From NCBI GenBank assembly GCA_965205655.1, contig CBDBIJ010000058.1, positions 32,001-96,000 of the forward strand: DNA of 64,000 bases, in the 5' to 3' direction. The notes beneath the pieces are model-generated. The model saw nothing but the letters and a program-made list of their open reading frames with translations. It was not told the DNA's origin and made no database searches. This document shows positions 1 through 7,988 of this stretch, one piece after another (within the stretch, counting starts at the first letter, position 1; each line of letters opens with the position of its first letter). Position numbers and translations under genes: made by a program. This stretch comes from Candidatus Latescibacterota bacterium (lineage in GTDB: Bacteria; Latescibacterota; UBA2968; UBA8231).

Positions 1-2
1 CC

Positions 3-560
3 CTCCTCGAGTTCGTCGGCGCGCAGGTAGACAACAACATCCTGGGTGAAGACGTGCTGGCTCGTCCGCAGGTCATCCCGGGAGCCGATGGCCAGGTTTC
101 GATTGGCGCCTTCGGCGATGCGGTCAGCGAGGGTGACCTCGGGTTGAACCTCATCTTCCGCAGCAAAGCGGAGATCGAGGACAGCTACATCGAGATCACC
201 GATGCTGCCCTGCGCGACGGCGGCTACGGCGTGAACGCGGTGCCGACTCCGGTTTCGGTTCGGATCCAGACCCGTCCAGAGGTTTACGCTCTGGCGGACA
301 ACTACCCGAATCCGTTCAACCCGGAGACGACGCTCAAGTATCAGCTGCCTGAGGCCGCTGATGTGATACTGGAGATCTACAACATGCTCGGCCAGGTGGT
401 GAGGACGCTCGTCAACGAGCATCGAAACGCCGGCCGTTACACGGTCCAGTGGGATGCTACCAACGACAAGGGCGACGCCTTGTCTTCTGGAATCTACTTC
501 TACCGCATGCAGGCGGGCAGTGAGTTCCAGGGCGTCAAGAAGATGCTGTTGGTCAAGTAA
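3..560 (+). CDS. 5'-truncated secreted protein: cohesin-like beta domain plus C-terminal FlgD-Ig / T9SS-type sorting domain
   Basis: Frame is open from the window edge. C-terminus has YALADNYPNPFNPETT...IYNMLGQVVRTLV...WDATND.G...SGIYFYRM...KKMLLVK. Confidence 0.85.
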   Translation, partial: LLEFVGAQVDNNILGEDVLARPQVIPGADGQVSIGAFGDAVSEGDLGLNLIFRSKAEIEDSYIEITDAALRDGGYGVNAVPTPVSVRIQTRPEVYALADNYPNPFNPETTLKYQLPEAADVILEIYNMLGQVVRTLVNEHRNAGRYTVQWDATNDKGDALSSGIYFYRMQAGSEFQGVKKMLLVK

Positions 561-581
561 GTAGAAGTATTGTAGTGAGTT

Positions 582-614
582 GAGATGGGACCCAGCTTGA
601 CCGGGTCCCATCTC
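582..614 (+). terminator. Stem-loop after the first CTD protein (probable terminator or RNA-stabilising hairpin)
   Basis: Perfect 12-bp inverted repeat GAGATGGGACCC / GGGTCCCATCTC with a 9-nt loop; no U-tract. Confidence 0.55.
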
Positions 615-691
615 GATAGAAACGAGAGTCCGGACGGTGTAGACTATCAGGTAGCGAACATTCAGGGGATACTTACGGAGGAGACTTGAGA

Positions 692-2290
692 ATGCCAAAT
701 TGCGTGCGCAAAGCCACGCCGCTTGCCCTCGCCTTCTTGGTCGCACTGGTCGGGAGCGCCTTCGCGGGTGTCAACGAAGACGCGACCTTCTCGATCACGG
801 AGGTTCGCCTGCCACCGGACGTGGCGGTGGGGTCGCCGACGAGCGTATCCGGCGTCGGGGGAGGCGCCCTCATCGAGATCGACGTGCTGGGCGAGAACTG
901 GGTCGATGTAAAGCAGGTGGAGGTCTTCATCGATGTCTCGTCGAGCGCCGACTTTACAGTCGTCGCCGTCGTGCTCGGTCCGGAGATGCCGACATCGGCA
1001 GCCTTCCCCCCGGGCGACTGGGTTTTGCCGGGCATCGGGCAGTCGGTCGGTGACAATCGCTATCAGCTCGGCTGGGCACTGCTCAGCGCGGGGCTCGATG
1101 ACGGCGTGACCGGATCGGTGACCTTCACACTCCGCGTTCTGACAGGTGATGACTTCACCGCCGACACAGAGGGCTCGGTCACCATCGAGTCGGTTTCGAT
1201 AGGTCCGGGCTCCGCAGATCGAGACGAGGTCTCTGTCGGCGCGACGGTGACCGTGAATCCGCCGGCTCCTCCAGTCATAGAGCCCACGCTCACGGCCGTG
1301 GGGGCGACGGATGCGAGTTTGGACTTCTCAGCCGTTGGCTCCGGCGATGCCGCCGATGGGAGCGCCGGCGAGGTGACCTTCACCGTCGCCTTTACGGACA
1401 ATACCGGCGGCGCCGGAGAGGGTCAGTCGATCACGTGGTCGATCACGAATAACGGCGGCCAGTCCGTCTTCCTCGTGAACGGCGGCTCGACCGAAATCGC
1501 CTCAGGCGCCACGATTACACCGACTTCTACGACGGACGCCGACGGTCAGGCCTCCGCCGCCTTCGATTCGGAGGGGGATAAGTCTGCGGTTAGCACCAGC
1601 ATCTCTGGCACCGCCAGTGCGACGGCGGACGATTCGGGGGGCGATTCGTTTGATCTGAGTGTCGGCTTCAGCGCCACGTGGGACGTACCGGTGCCGGCGG
1701 AGCTCTCGAGCTTCTCGGGCGAAGTGACCGGGGATCAAGAGGTCCTGCTCGTCTGGGGCGTCGCTTCTCAGTCGAACAACCTAGGTTGGGAGGTCTTCCG
1801 AAGCCTCGACGAGATCGTCTACGAGCGCGTAGGTGAACTTGTTGCGGGCGAGGGCACGACTGACATCTATCGTACCTATCAGTTCACGGATGAGAATCCG
1901 CCGGTGGCGGATGTCGTCCACTACTACCTGAAGCAGGTCGACCTCGACGGCAACACGGCGCGCTCGAACACAGTGGCCGTGGCGCTCGCGCCGGCCGTGC
2001 TGATGCCGTCGGCGTATGCGCTGTCCCAGAACTTTCCGAACCCCTTCAACCCGACGACGACGATCACCTTCGAGCTGGCCGCTGAGTCGATGGTGGCACT
2101 CGTCATCTACGATGCCGCCGGGCAGGTCGTCCGGCGACTCGTTGACGGCCAGACGATTGCAGCCGGACACTACCGTGCGGACTGGGATGGCATCGACGAG
2201 GACGGCGGCTCCGTCAGCAGCGGGGTTTACTTCTACGAGCTCAGGGCAGGCGCATTGAGTTTGATGAAGAAGATGACGCTGCTCCACTAG
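692..2290 (+). CDS. Secreted acidic beta-rich protein with PxELSSF module and C-terminal FlgD-Ig / T9SS-type sorting domain
   Basis: RBS GGAGGAG 677-683 before ATG 692; signal peptide (LALAFLVALVGSAFA); VPAELSSF...WEVFRS...YYLKQVDLDG; LSQNFPNPFNP...SGVYFYEL...KKMTLLH. Confidence 0.85.
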   Translation: MPNCVRKATPLALAFLVALVGSAFAGVNEDATFSITEVRLPPDVAVGSPTSVSGVGGGALIEIDVLGENWVDVKQVEVFIDVSSSADFTVVAVVLGPEMPTSAAFPPGDWVLPGIGQSVGDNRYQLGWALLSAGLDDGVTGSVTFTLRVLTGDDFTADTEGSVTIESVSIGPGSADRDEVSVGATVTVNPPAPPVIEPTLTAVGATDASLDFSAVGSGDAADGSAGEVTFTVAFTDNTGGAGEGQSITWSITNNGGQSVFLVNGGSTEIASGATITPTSTTDADGQASAAFDSEGDKSAVSTSISGTASATADDSGGDSFDLSVGFSATWDVPVPAELSSFSGEVTGDQEVLLVWGVASQSNNLGWEVFRSLDEIVYERVGELVAGEGTTDIYRTYQFTDENPPVADVVHYYLKQVDLDGNTARSNTVAVALAPAVLMPSAYALSQNFPNPFNPTTTITFELAAESMVALVIYDAAGQVVRRLVDGQTIAAGHYRADWDGIDEDGGSVSSGVYFYELRAGALSLMKKMTLLH

Positions 2291-2326
2291 GCGGCGATCT
2301 ACAGACTACTCTTCAACGCGTTTACT

Positions 2327-2364
2327 GGCCGTTGGGTCCCAGTCGGGCCCCAACGGCCTTTTTT
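2327..2364 (+). terminator. Rho-independent terminator
   Basis: GGCCGTTGGG..CCC-AGTC-GGG..CCCAACGGCC followed by TTTTTT. Confidence 0.85.
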
Positions 2365-2452
2365 GTGCCCGTCACGGACGCCCGTTACGGAGCCGAATTT
2401 CAATGAGATCGGGCTGGAGAAAGAGGCGTTTCGAGCCGATTACTTGAGTACC

Positions 2453-4024
2453 ATGAAAAGAGCAGCTGCATTACCGGCCGCCGTTTTGACAGCTCTGGCA
2501 CTGGGAACCGCCTTCTCTGGTGAAAACGAGAATGTGGTCTTCTCACTCATCTCGCCAGCTGAGCTCACCGGGATCGGCCCGGGAGATACACTCGAGGTGT
2601 CTCTGTTCGCCTCGGGCATTGTCGAGGCGAAGCAGGTAGAAATCGTCATCGAGGTCTCTCCGGTGGAGGCCTTCGACCTCGATGGCTCGCACTACGACCC
2701 ACTGACCTCGCTGTTCTCGCTCGGACCGGGGCTGGACCGCCTCGGAGGGGGGCATGTGCGGGGAGGAGGTGCGAGTGTCCTGCTCCCGGTGAATGGAGAC
2801 GGCTCCCTCGGAACCTTTTACATCGTCACATCGCCGGAGTTCGATCAGCAGACGGAGGCGACCATTACGGTGCTCCTCATCTCCATCGGCCCCAGTTTCA
2901 CCGTGCGAGACGAGTTTGACCAGCAGACGCTGGCGCTGTCGATAACCGTCAACCCGGGTGCCGTCATCGTCGGGGAGCCATCGCTGAGCGCAGCCACGCC
3001 GTTGGATGTGACGGCGGATCCCTCGCCGACGGGCGCGGGGAACGTCCTGGACGGCAGCCGCGGCGAGGTGACTTTCTCCGTACGACACCTCGACTCGTCC
3101 GGCACCGCAGCCGAGGGTCACTCAATTACCTGGTCGATCTCCAACCAGGGTGGCGACGCGGTTTTTCTGTTGGATGACGAGCCAACGAAGATCGCTTCCA
3201 ACAGCGCCATGACGGTCATGACGACGTCGGACTCGGAGGGAAAGGCGTCCATCACCCTCGACGCTGAGGGCGGCGCTGCGGCTGTCCCCACAACCGTGAG
3301 AGTGAATGCGAGTACGTCTGCGCCCAACTCAGTCGGGGAGTCACGGGAGCTCGCGGTGGAGTTTTTCGCAACCTGGGACGTAGCCGTCCCCTCCGAGCTG
3401 TCGACCTTCACAGGCGAGCGCACACCGACGGATCAGATCCTCTTGCGCTGGGCGACGACGTCCCAGTCCGGCAACGTCGGGTGGGAAGTGTTTCGCAGCG
3501 TGGACGGAGTAGAGGAGTTCGACAGAGTTGGACAGATCGTCCCGGGGGCGGGCACGGTCGACAACCATCTCGCGTACGAATTCCTCGACGATCAGGTTCC
3601 GCCCGCGGCTGAGGTAGTCTCCTACTACCTGCGGCAGATAAGCCTCGACGGCTCGTCTTCTCGATCTGGTATCCTCGACGTCGCGATCATGCCGGTGATC
3701 CCCGGGACAGTCGGACTGCCCGCGGATTATCGCCTCGCCCAGAACTATCCGAATCCCTTGAATCCGTACACGGCGATCGAGTTTGATCTGGTTTCGGAAA
3801 CTCCGGTCCAACTGACCGTCTACGACGCCGCCGGCCGGACGGTTCGTCATCTGATCGACACGCTCGCTATGCGCCCCGGTCGCTATCGCACGCACTGGGA
3901 CGGCAGGGACGACGCGGCACGCCCTGTCGGCAGCGGGGTGTATTTCTATTCGCTCGAGTGCAGCGGCTTTCGCTCAGCTGGTAGAATGGTTCTTTTGAGT
4001 GGTAGAATGGTTCTTTTGAGGTAG
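2453..4024 (+). CDS. Secreted protein paralogous to 692..2290, with C-terminal FlgD-Ig / T9SS-type domain
   Basis: ATG 2453 gives a signal peptide (MKRAAALPAAVLTALALGTAFS); shared blocks KQVE, SIGP, GEVTF, SITWSI.N.GG, ATWDV.VP.ELS.F.GE, GWEVFRS, NYPNPLNP. Confidence 0.85.
   Translation: MKRAAALPAAVLTALALGTAFSGENENVVFSLISPAELTGIGPGDTLEVSLFASGIVEAKQVEIVIEVSPVEAFDLDGSHYDPLTSLFSLGPGLDRLGGGHVRGGGASVLLPVNGDGSLGTFYIVTSPEFDQQTEATITVLLISIGPSFTVRDEFDQQTLALSITVNPGAVIVGEPSLSAATPLDVTADPSPTGAGNVLDGSRGEVTFSVRHLDSSGTAAEGHSITWSISNQGGDAVFLLDDEPTKIASNSAMTVMTTSDSEGKASITLDAEGGAAAVPTTVRVNASTSAPNSVGESRELAVEFFATWDVAVPSELSTFTGERTPTDQILLRWATTSQSGNVGWEVFRSVDGVEEFDRVGQIVPGAGTVDNHLAYEFLDDQVPPAAEVVSYYLRQISLDGSSSRSGILDVAIMPVIPGTVGLPADYRLAQNYPNPLNPYTAIEFDLVSETPVQLTVYDAAGRTVRHLIDTLAMRPGRYRTHWDGRDDAARPVGSGVYFYSLECSGFRSAGRMVLLSGRMVLLR
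3979..4020 (+). repeat. Exact 21-bp tandem duplication in the last codons of the CDS
   Basis: TGGTAGAATGGTTCTTTTGAG x2, giving GRMVLLS-GRMVLLR. Confidence 0.95.
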
Positions 4025-4104
4025 CCTCCCGGCCGTCTCAATTCGCCTTCCGAAATCTGACAGAAGTCACGTTTTAACAAATAGTTGGGTCAATTTACGC
4101 CGCC

Positions 4105-4133
4105 TTGCGTCAGGTCCTACTTTCACTTATATT
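4105..4133 (+). promoter_or_regulatory. Putative sigma70 promoter for moaD-moaE
   Basis: TTGCGT-17 nt-TATATT. Confidence 0.55.
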
Positions 4134-4206
4134 CGGGCTAACGCGGTACGTCGTTAGTGAATAGCACACCTCGCTGGCAGCCGGTCCCGCCAACATTCCA
4201 CACTGA

Positions 4207-4497
4207 ATGAAGATCCGGGTCCTGTTTTTCGCTTCCTGCCGAGAGATCGTGGGCATGCGGCAATGTGACATGGAAGTGGCGGACGGGATCTCCGTAGCCC
4301 AGTTGAAGAGAATCCTGATGGCGGAGTTTCCGGGTCTCAATCGGCTCAGCCAGTCTCTAACGGCTGCCGTCAACGCAGAGTACGTGAACGACTCCGCCCC
4401 CCTACAGGACGCAGACGAGGTGGCACTGATTCCTCCGGTGAGCGGGGGGTCGATCGATGAGGACGCCCAGTCCGATACTCACGCGTCTGATTCGTAA
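4207..4497 (+). CDS. moaD: Molybdopterin synthase sulfur-carrier subunit with a 15-aa extension after Gly-Gly
   Basis: MKIRVLFFA..REIVG...AVNAEYV...DEVALIPPVSGG; adjacent to moaE. Confidence 0.9.
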   Translation: MKIRVLFFASCREIVGMRQCDMEVADGISVAQLKRILMAEFPGLNRLSQSLTAAVNAEYVNDSAPLQDADEVALIPPVSGGSIDEDAQSDTHASDS

Positions 4498-4514
4498 CCT
4501 CAGTGTAAATCAGG

Positions 4515-4943
4515 ATGGAATTCCGCATAACAGAGAATCCAATCGCTCCCGACGAGCTCCATCAGCACGTTCTCGCTGACCGCGACGGCGCGGTGGTGAC
4601 ATTTTGCGGGGTCGTTCGAGATCATTCCGGGGAAAAGCGAACCGACCATCTCGTGTACGAGGCCTACCAGGAGATGGCGGAGAAGAAAATGGCCGAGATT
4701 GGAGAGCTGGCCAGGTCCCAGTGGGCGATCGACGACATCGCCGTCGTCCACCGCGTCGGTCGCGTCGAAATTGGAGAAATCAGCGTCTTGATTGCCGTGG
4801 CCAGCTCCCATCGCTCTGAAGCGTTCGAGGCATGCCGGTGGGCCATCGATCGTCTTAAGGAGACGGTCCCCATATGGAAGAAGGAGGTGGATGAGGACGG
4901 CCACCACTGGGTAGAGGGCCCTGTGGCGGCGGCGCTGCCGTAG
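4515..4943 (+). CDS. moaE: Molybdopterin synthase catalytic subunit
   Basis: GAVVTFCGVVRD, YEAYQEMA, HRVG, SSHRSEAFEAC, LKETVPIWKKE. Confidence 0.95.
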   Translation: MEFRITENPIAPDELHQHVLADRDGAVVTFCGVVRDHSGEKRTDHLVYEAYQEMAEKKMAEIGELARSQWAIDDIAVVHRVGRVEIGEISVLIAVASSHRSEAFEACRWAIDRLKETVPIWKKEVDEDGHHWVEGPVAAALP

Positions 4944-4968
4944 CTCACCGGAAACGAGCAGAGCACTC

Positions 4969-5466
4969 GTGATACTGAATCTCAGCTGGCTCGTACCCGG
5001 ACGGATCGCGGGCATGGCTCAACCGGGTGGCCCGGACTACGATCCAGATGGCGATCAGGATCGGTTGCGCGAAGATTTGGCCCTGCTGCGAAACGAGGGC
5101 ATAGAGTCGATCGTGTCGCTCACCGAGCACTCGCTGAATCCTGCCATTGTGAAGGAGATGGGATTTCGGCACCTGTCGCTGGCCGTTGCGGACATGGCGC
5201 CGCCCACGATCGACGACATAAGCCGATTTGTCGAGTTCACAGACGAATCGGAGCGCGACGAGCTGCCTGTCGCCGTTCACTGCCTGGCCGGACTCGGGCG
5301 CACCGGCACCATGCTGGCATGTTTCCTCGTCGGCAAGGGGTACGACGCCGAGGAAGCGCTTCAGGAGGTCAGAGAGAGACGCCCGGGATCGGTAGAGATT
5401 CCGGCCCAGGAGGAAATCATCAGCGAATACGCTGAGCATGCGAGTCAGCTCAAGGAGCGAGCCTGA
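4969..5466 (+). CDS. Dual-specificity / PTP-family Cys phosphatase
   Basis: CX5R P-loop VHCLAGLGRTG; general-acid loop VADMAPP; C-terminal VRERRPGSVE..AQ. Confidence 0.9.
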   Translation: MILNLSWLVPGRIAGMAQPGGPDYDPDGDQDRLREDLALLRNEGIESIVSLTEHSLNPAIVKEMGFRHLSLAVADMAPPTIDDISRFVEFTDESERDELPVAVHCLAGLGRTGTMLACFLVGKGYDAEEALQEVRERRPGSVEIPAQEEIISEYAEHASQLKERA

Positions 5467-5586
5467 CGCTCGATGCCGAAATCAGGCTGAGTCAATGACG
5501 AGGCAGTGACATTTCACACCGCGGAGTGAGGCACTGGGCTAACCTTCGCGTCAGTCAACACCATCGACCGGGAGGGGAGGATCAGG

Positions 5587-5778
5587 ATGGAAAACGCCTT
5601 GCCGTCTTGCCAGAAGTGCTCGAAAGGAGTGCTCGTACCGCTGTCCGACTACGGGAGAGATGGGGCCGCCATCCACTACAAGGCCTGGGTGTGCACCGAC
5701 CCCGAGTGCGGCTTCAACATCCGCATCGACAACGGTGAGCTCAGCATAGGGCGCGAGCTGAAAGAATCCTTCAAGTAG
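5587..5778 (+). CDS. Small zinc-ribbon protein of unknown function
   Basis: Strong RBS (GGAGGGGAGGA); CQKC...CTDPEC pairs; 63 aa. Confidence 0.75.
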   Translation: MENALPSCQKCSKGVLVPLSDYGRDGAAIHYKAWVCTDPECGFNIRIDNGELSIGRELKESFK

Positions 5779-5941
5779 CGGCCTCGCCCGGCTCCACCGC
5801 AGGGCCGGACCGAACAGCCGAGGTTCATGCCGGCGAGGTGGCAATCCCGGTTGCCGGCGACGAGCCGCCGGTCAGTCTCCGTCATTGTCTTTCTGTCCGC
5901 GTTTCCCGCGGTCAACTCAATCAACTGGCTGAATTGTCCCG

Positions 5942-6898
5942 GTGGCTGAGAAGTCGATAAGCAAAGGTCGCTTCGGCGAATGGGGAGCCATCGTCGCGGC
6001 CGTGGTGCTCGCATCACTGGTCTGGTTTCACGCGGTAACCGAGCACAGCTATCGCAGGGAGCTCACCGTGCCCCTGGTTGTCGAGGACCCGCCGGCCAGC
6101 GCCTCCGGCGGAGAGATGTTGGTCGCCAATCAGGTTCCCAGTGAGGCGCTGATTGTCGTCTCCGGTAGCGGCAAGGACCTGCTTTTCGATGTGAGGGGTG
6201 AGGATTTCCTGATCCGTGTCCAAGCGCCCAGCGGCCGGCCGGGAGCCCGCCTCCCCTTCAGGGTCACGACCGAGCTGGTCGAGAGACCGGACGTCGACGT
6301 CCGCGTCGAGGAGATCCTTCGACCGCGGGAAATCGAGGTGCTCCTTGAGCAACGAGCCGACAAGGAAGTTCCCATTCATCCATTCGTAAGGTTTCAGGTG
6401 GCAGATTCGTACACGCCAGTGGGAGGGGTGCGGCTAGAGCCCAAGTCGGTCCGCATCTCGGGGCCGCGCAGTCAGGTGGAATCAGTGCGAGTGATGCGCA
6501 CCGATTCCCTCGTGATGCCTCCGGTGTACGAGGACGTGGAGAAGAATCTGTCGCTGCGCCCGCCGTCCGGCTCGCGACTCGAGCTGAGCCACAGTTACGT
6601 AACGGTTCGGATCGACATTCAAGAGCTGGCCGAGTACGATATCCCGAGCGTGCCCGTGCAGATTCGCAATGCCAGGGGCATCGATCTCGTCGCCGAGCCC
6701 TCCCGAGTACAGGTCAGGGTGAAGGGCGGAGCGGATGTGATCGGTGGGCTCGACTCGGAACGAGACCTGAAACTCTACGTCGACCACGCGGCGTGGCTGA
6801 GGGACACACAGCAAGGCGGGATCGTCCACTGGGAACCCGACAGCCTGTTCGAGATTCGCCAGGTTGTACCGGCAGCCGTCAATATCGTCAGCCGCTGA
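5942..6898 (+). CDS. YbbR/CdaR-family membrane-anchored protein
   Basis: N-terminal TM (AVVLASLVWFHAV) then YbbR-like repeats (EPKSVRISGPRSQV, PSRVQVRVKG). Confidence 0.75.
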   Translation: MAEKSISKGRFGEWGAIVAAVVLASLVWFHAVTEHSYRRELTVPLVVEDPPASASGGEMLVANQVPSEALIVVSGSGKDLLFDVRGEDFLIRVQAPSGRPGARLPFRVTTELVERPDVDVRVEEILRPREIEVLLEQRADKEVPIHPFVRFQVADSYTPVGGVRLEPKSVRISGPRSQVESVRVMRTDSLVMPPVYEDVEKNLSLRPPSGSRLELSHSYVTVRIDIQELAEYDIPSVPVQIRNARGIDLVAEPSRVQVRVKGGADVIGGLDSERDLKLYVDHAAWLRDTQQGGIVHWEPDSLFEIRQVVPAAVNIVSR

Positions 6899-6950
6899 CC
6901 CGGGACCAGCTGCCGCCTTGCCCGGAACCGCCAGATAAGACAATCCTGAG

Positions 6951-7988
6951 ATGGTGACCTTCGGCCTTGAGACGTCGTGTGACGAGACCGCCGCAGCTGT
7001 GATGGCAGACATGGAGGTGCGGTCCAACGTCGTCCTGTCCCAGCTGGAGCACGGTCGCTACGGAGGCGTGGTGCCCGAGCTCGCATCGAGGGCCCATATC
7101 CGCGGCCTAATTCCCGTTATTGAGCAGGCACTCGAGCGGGCTCAGATCGGTCTTGCGGGGGTGGACGGCATCGCCGTGACGAGCGGTCCCGGGCTCGCCG
7201 GCTCGCTCATCGTCGGTATCAACGCCGCCAAAGGCCTGGCTCTGGCCGCAAACAAACCTCTGATCGGGGTAAACCACCTGGAGGGGCATATTTTCTCCAC
7301 GTTGATCGAGCACGAAATCGATCTGCCCTTCCTCACCCTCCTCGTCTCCGGCGGGCACACGGAACTCCTCCTCGTTCGCCAGCTCGGCGAGTACGACCTT
7401 CTCGGCCGCACCCTGGACGACGCCGCCGGGGAGGCCTTCGACAAGGTAGCCAAAATGCTCCGTCTTTTGCCTCCCGATGGGAGTGTGATAGGAGGGCGAG
7501 CCGTGGCCGCCAGCGCCGCCGACGGAGACGAAACCGCCTTCGCCTTTCCCCGTGCCATTCAGGACGAGGATCGGCTCGACTTCAGCTTCAGCGGCCTGAA
7601 GACGGCGGTGCTCAATCAGATCCGTCTGCTCGAGCGCGAAAACGATGGCACTGTGGACGGCCATGTCGCCGACCTGGCGGCCAGCTTTCAGGCCGCCGTC
7701 GTCGATGCCCTCCTCTCCAAGACCGTCCAGGCCATGCATACTACCGGTGTTCACAGAGTGGCATTGGCTGGAGGCGTGGCAGCGAACCGTCTTTTGAGGC
7801 GCCGGCTGCGGGACGCAGTAGAATCCCTGGGAGGCTCCTTCTACTCGCCCTCACCCCAATTGTGCACCGATAACGCCGCTATGATCGCCGCCGCAGGGCA
7901 GTTCCATCTGACCCGTGGCAGGTCCAGTGGATACGACCTGGACGCCCAGCCTCGGGCGCGCTGTGGGCAGCTGACCGCTCGCGGATGA
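6951..7988 (+). CDS. tsaD: tRNA N6-adenosine threonylcarbamoyltransferase
   Basis: GLETSCDETAAA, YGGVVPELASRAH, HLEGH, DDAAGEAFDKVA, FSFSGLKT, CTDNAAMIA. Confidence 0.97.
   Translation: MVTFGLETSCDETAAAVMADMEVRSNVVLSQLEHGRYGGVVPELASRAHIRGLIPVIEQALERAQIGLAGVDGIAVTSGPGLAGSLIVGINAAKGLALAANKPLIGVNHLEGHIFSTLIEHEIDLPFLTLLVSGGHTELLLVRQLGEYDLLGRTLDDAAGEAFDKVAKMLRLLPPDGSVIGGRAVAASAADGDETAFAFPRAIQDEDRLDFSFSGLKTAVLNQIRLLERENDGTVDGHVADLAASFQAAVVDALLSKTVQAMHTTGVHRVALAGGVAANRLLRRRLRDAVESLGGSFYSPSPQLCTDNAAMIAAAGQFHLTRGRSSGYDLDAQPRARCGQLTARG

Noticed and set aside
4134..4206. Moco riboswitch upstream of moaD
   Set aside because: The leader is short with only one small hairpin; I could not see the multi-stem Moco RNA pattern. 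An Rfam scan would settle it.
4207..4943. MoaD-MoaE (MoaX-like) fusion by stop read-through
   Set aside because: The genes are in different frames and moaE has its own ATG after AGG.
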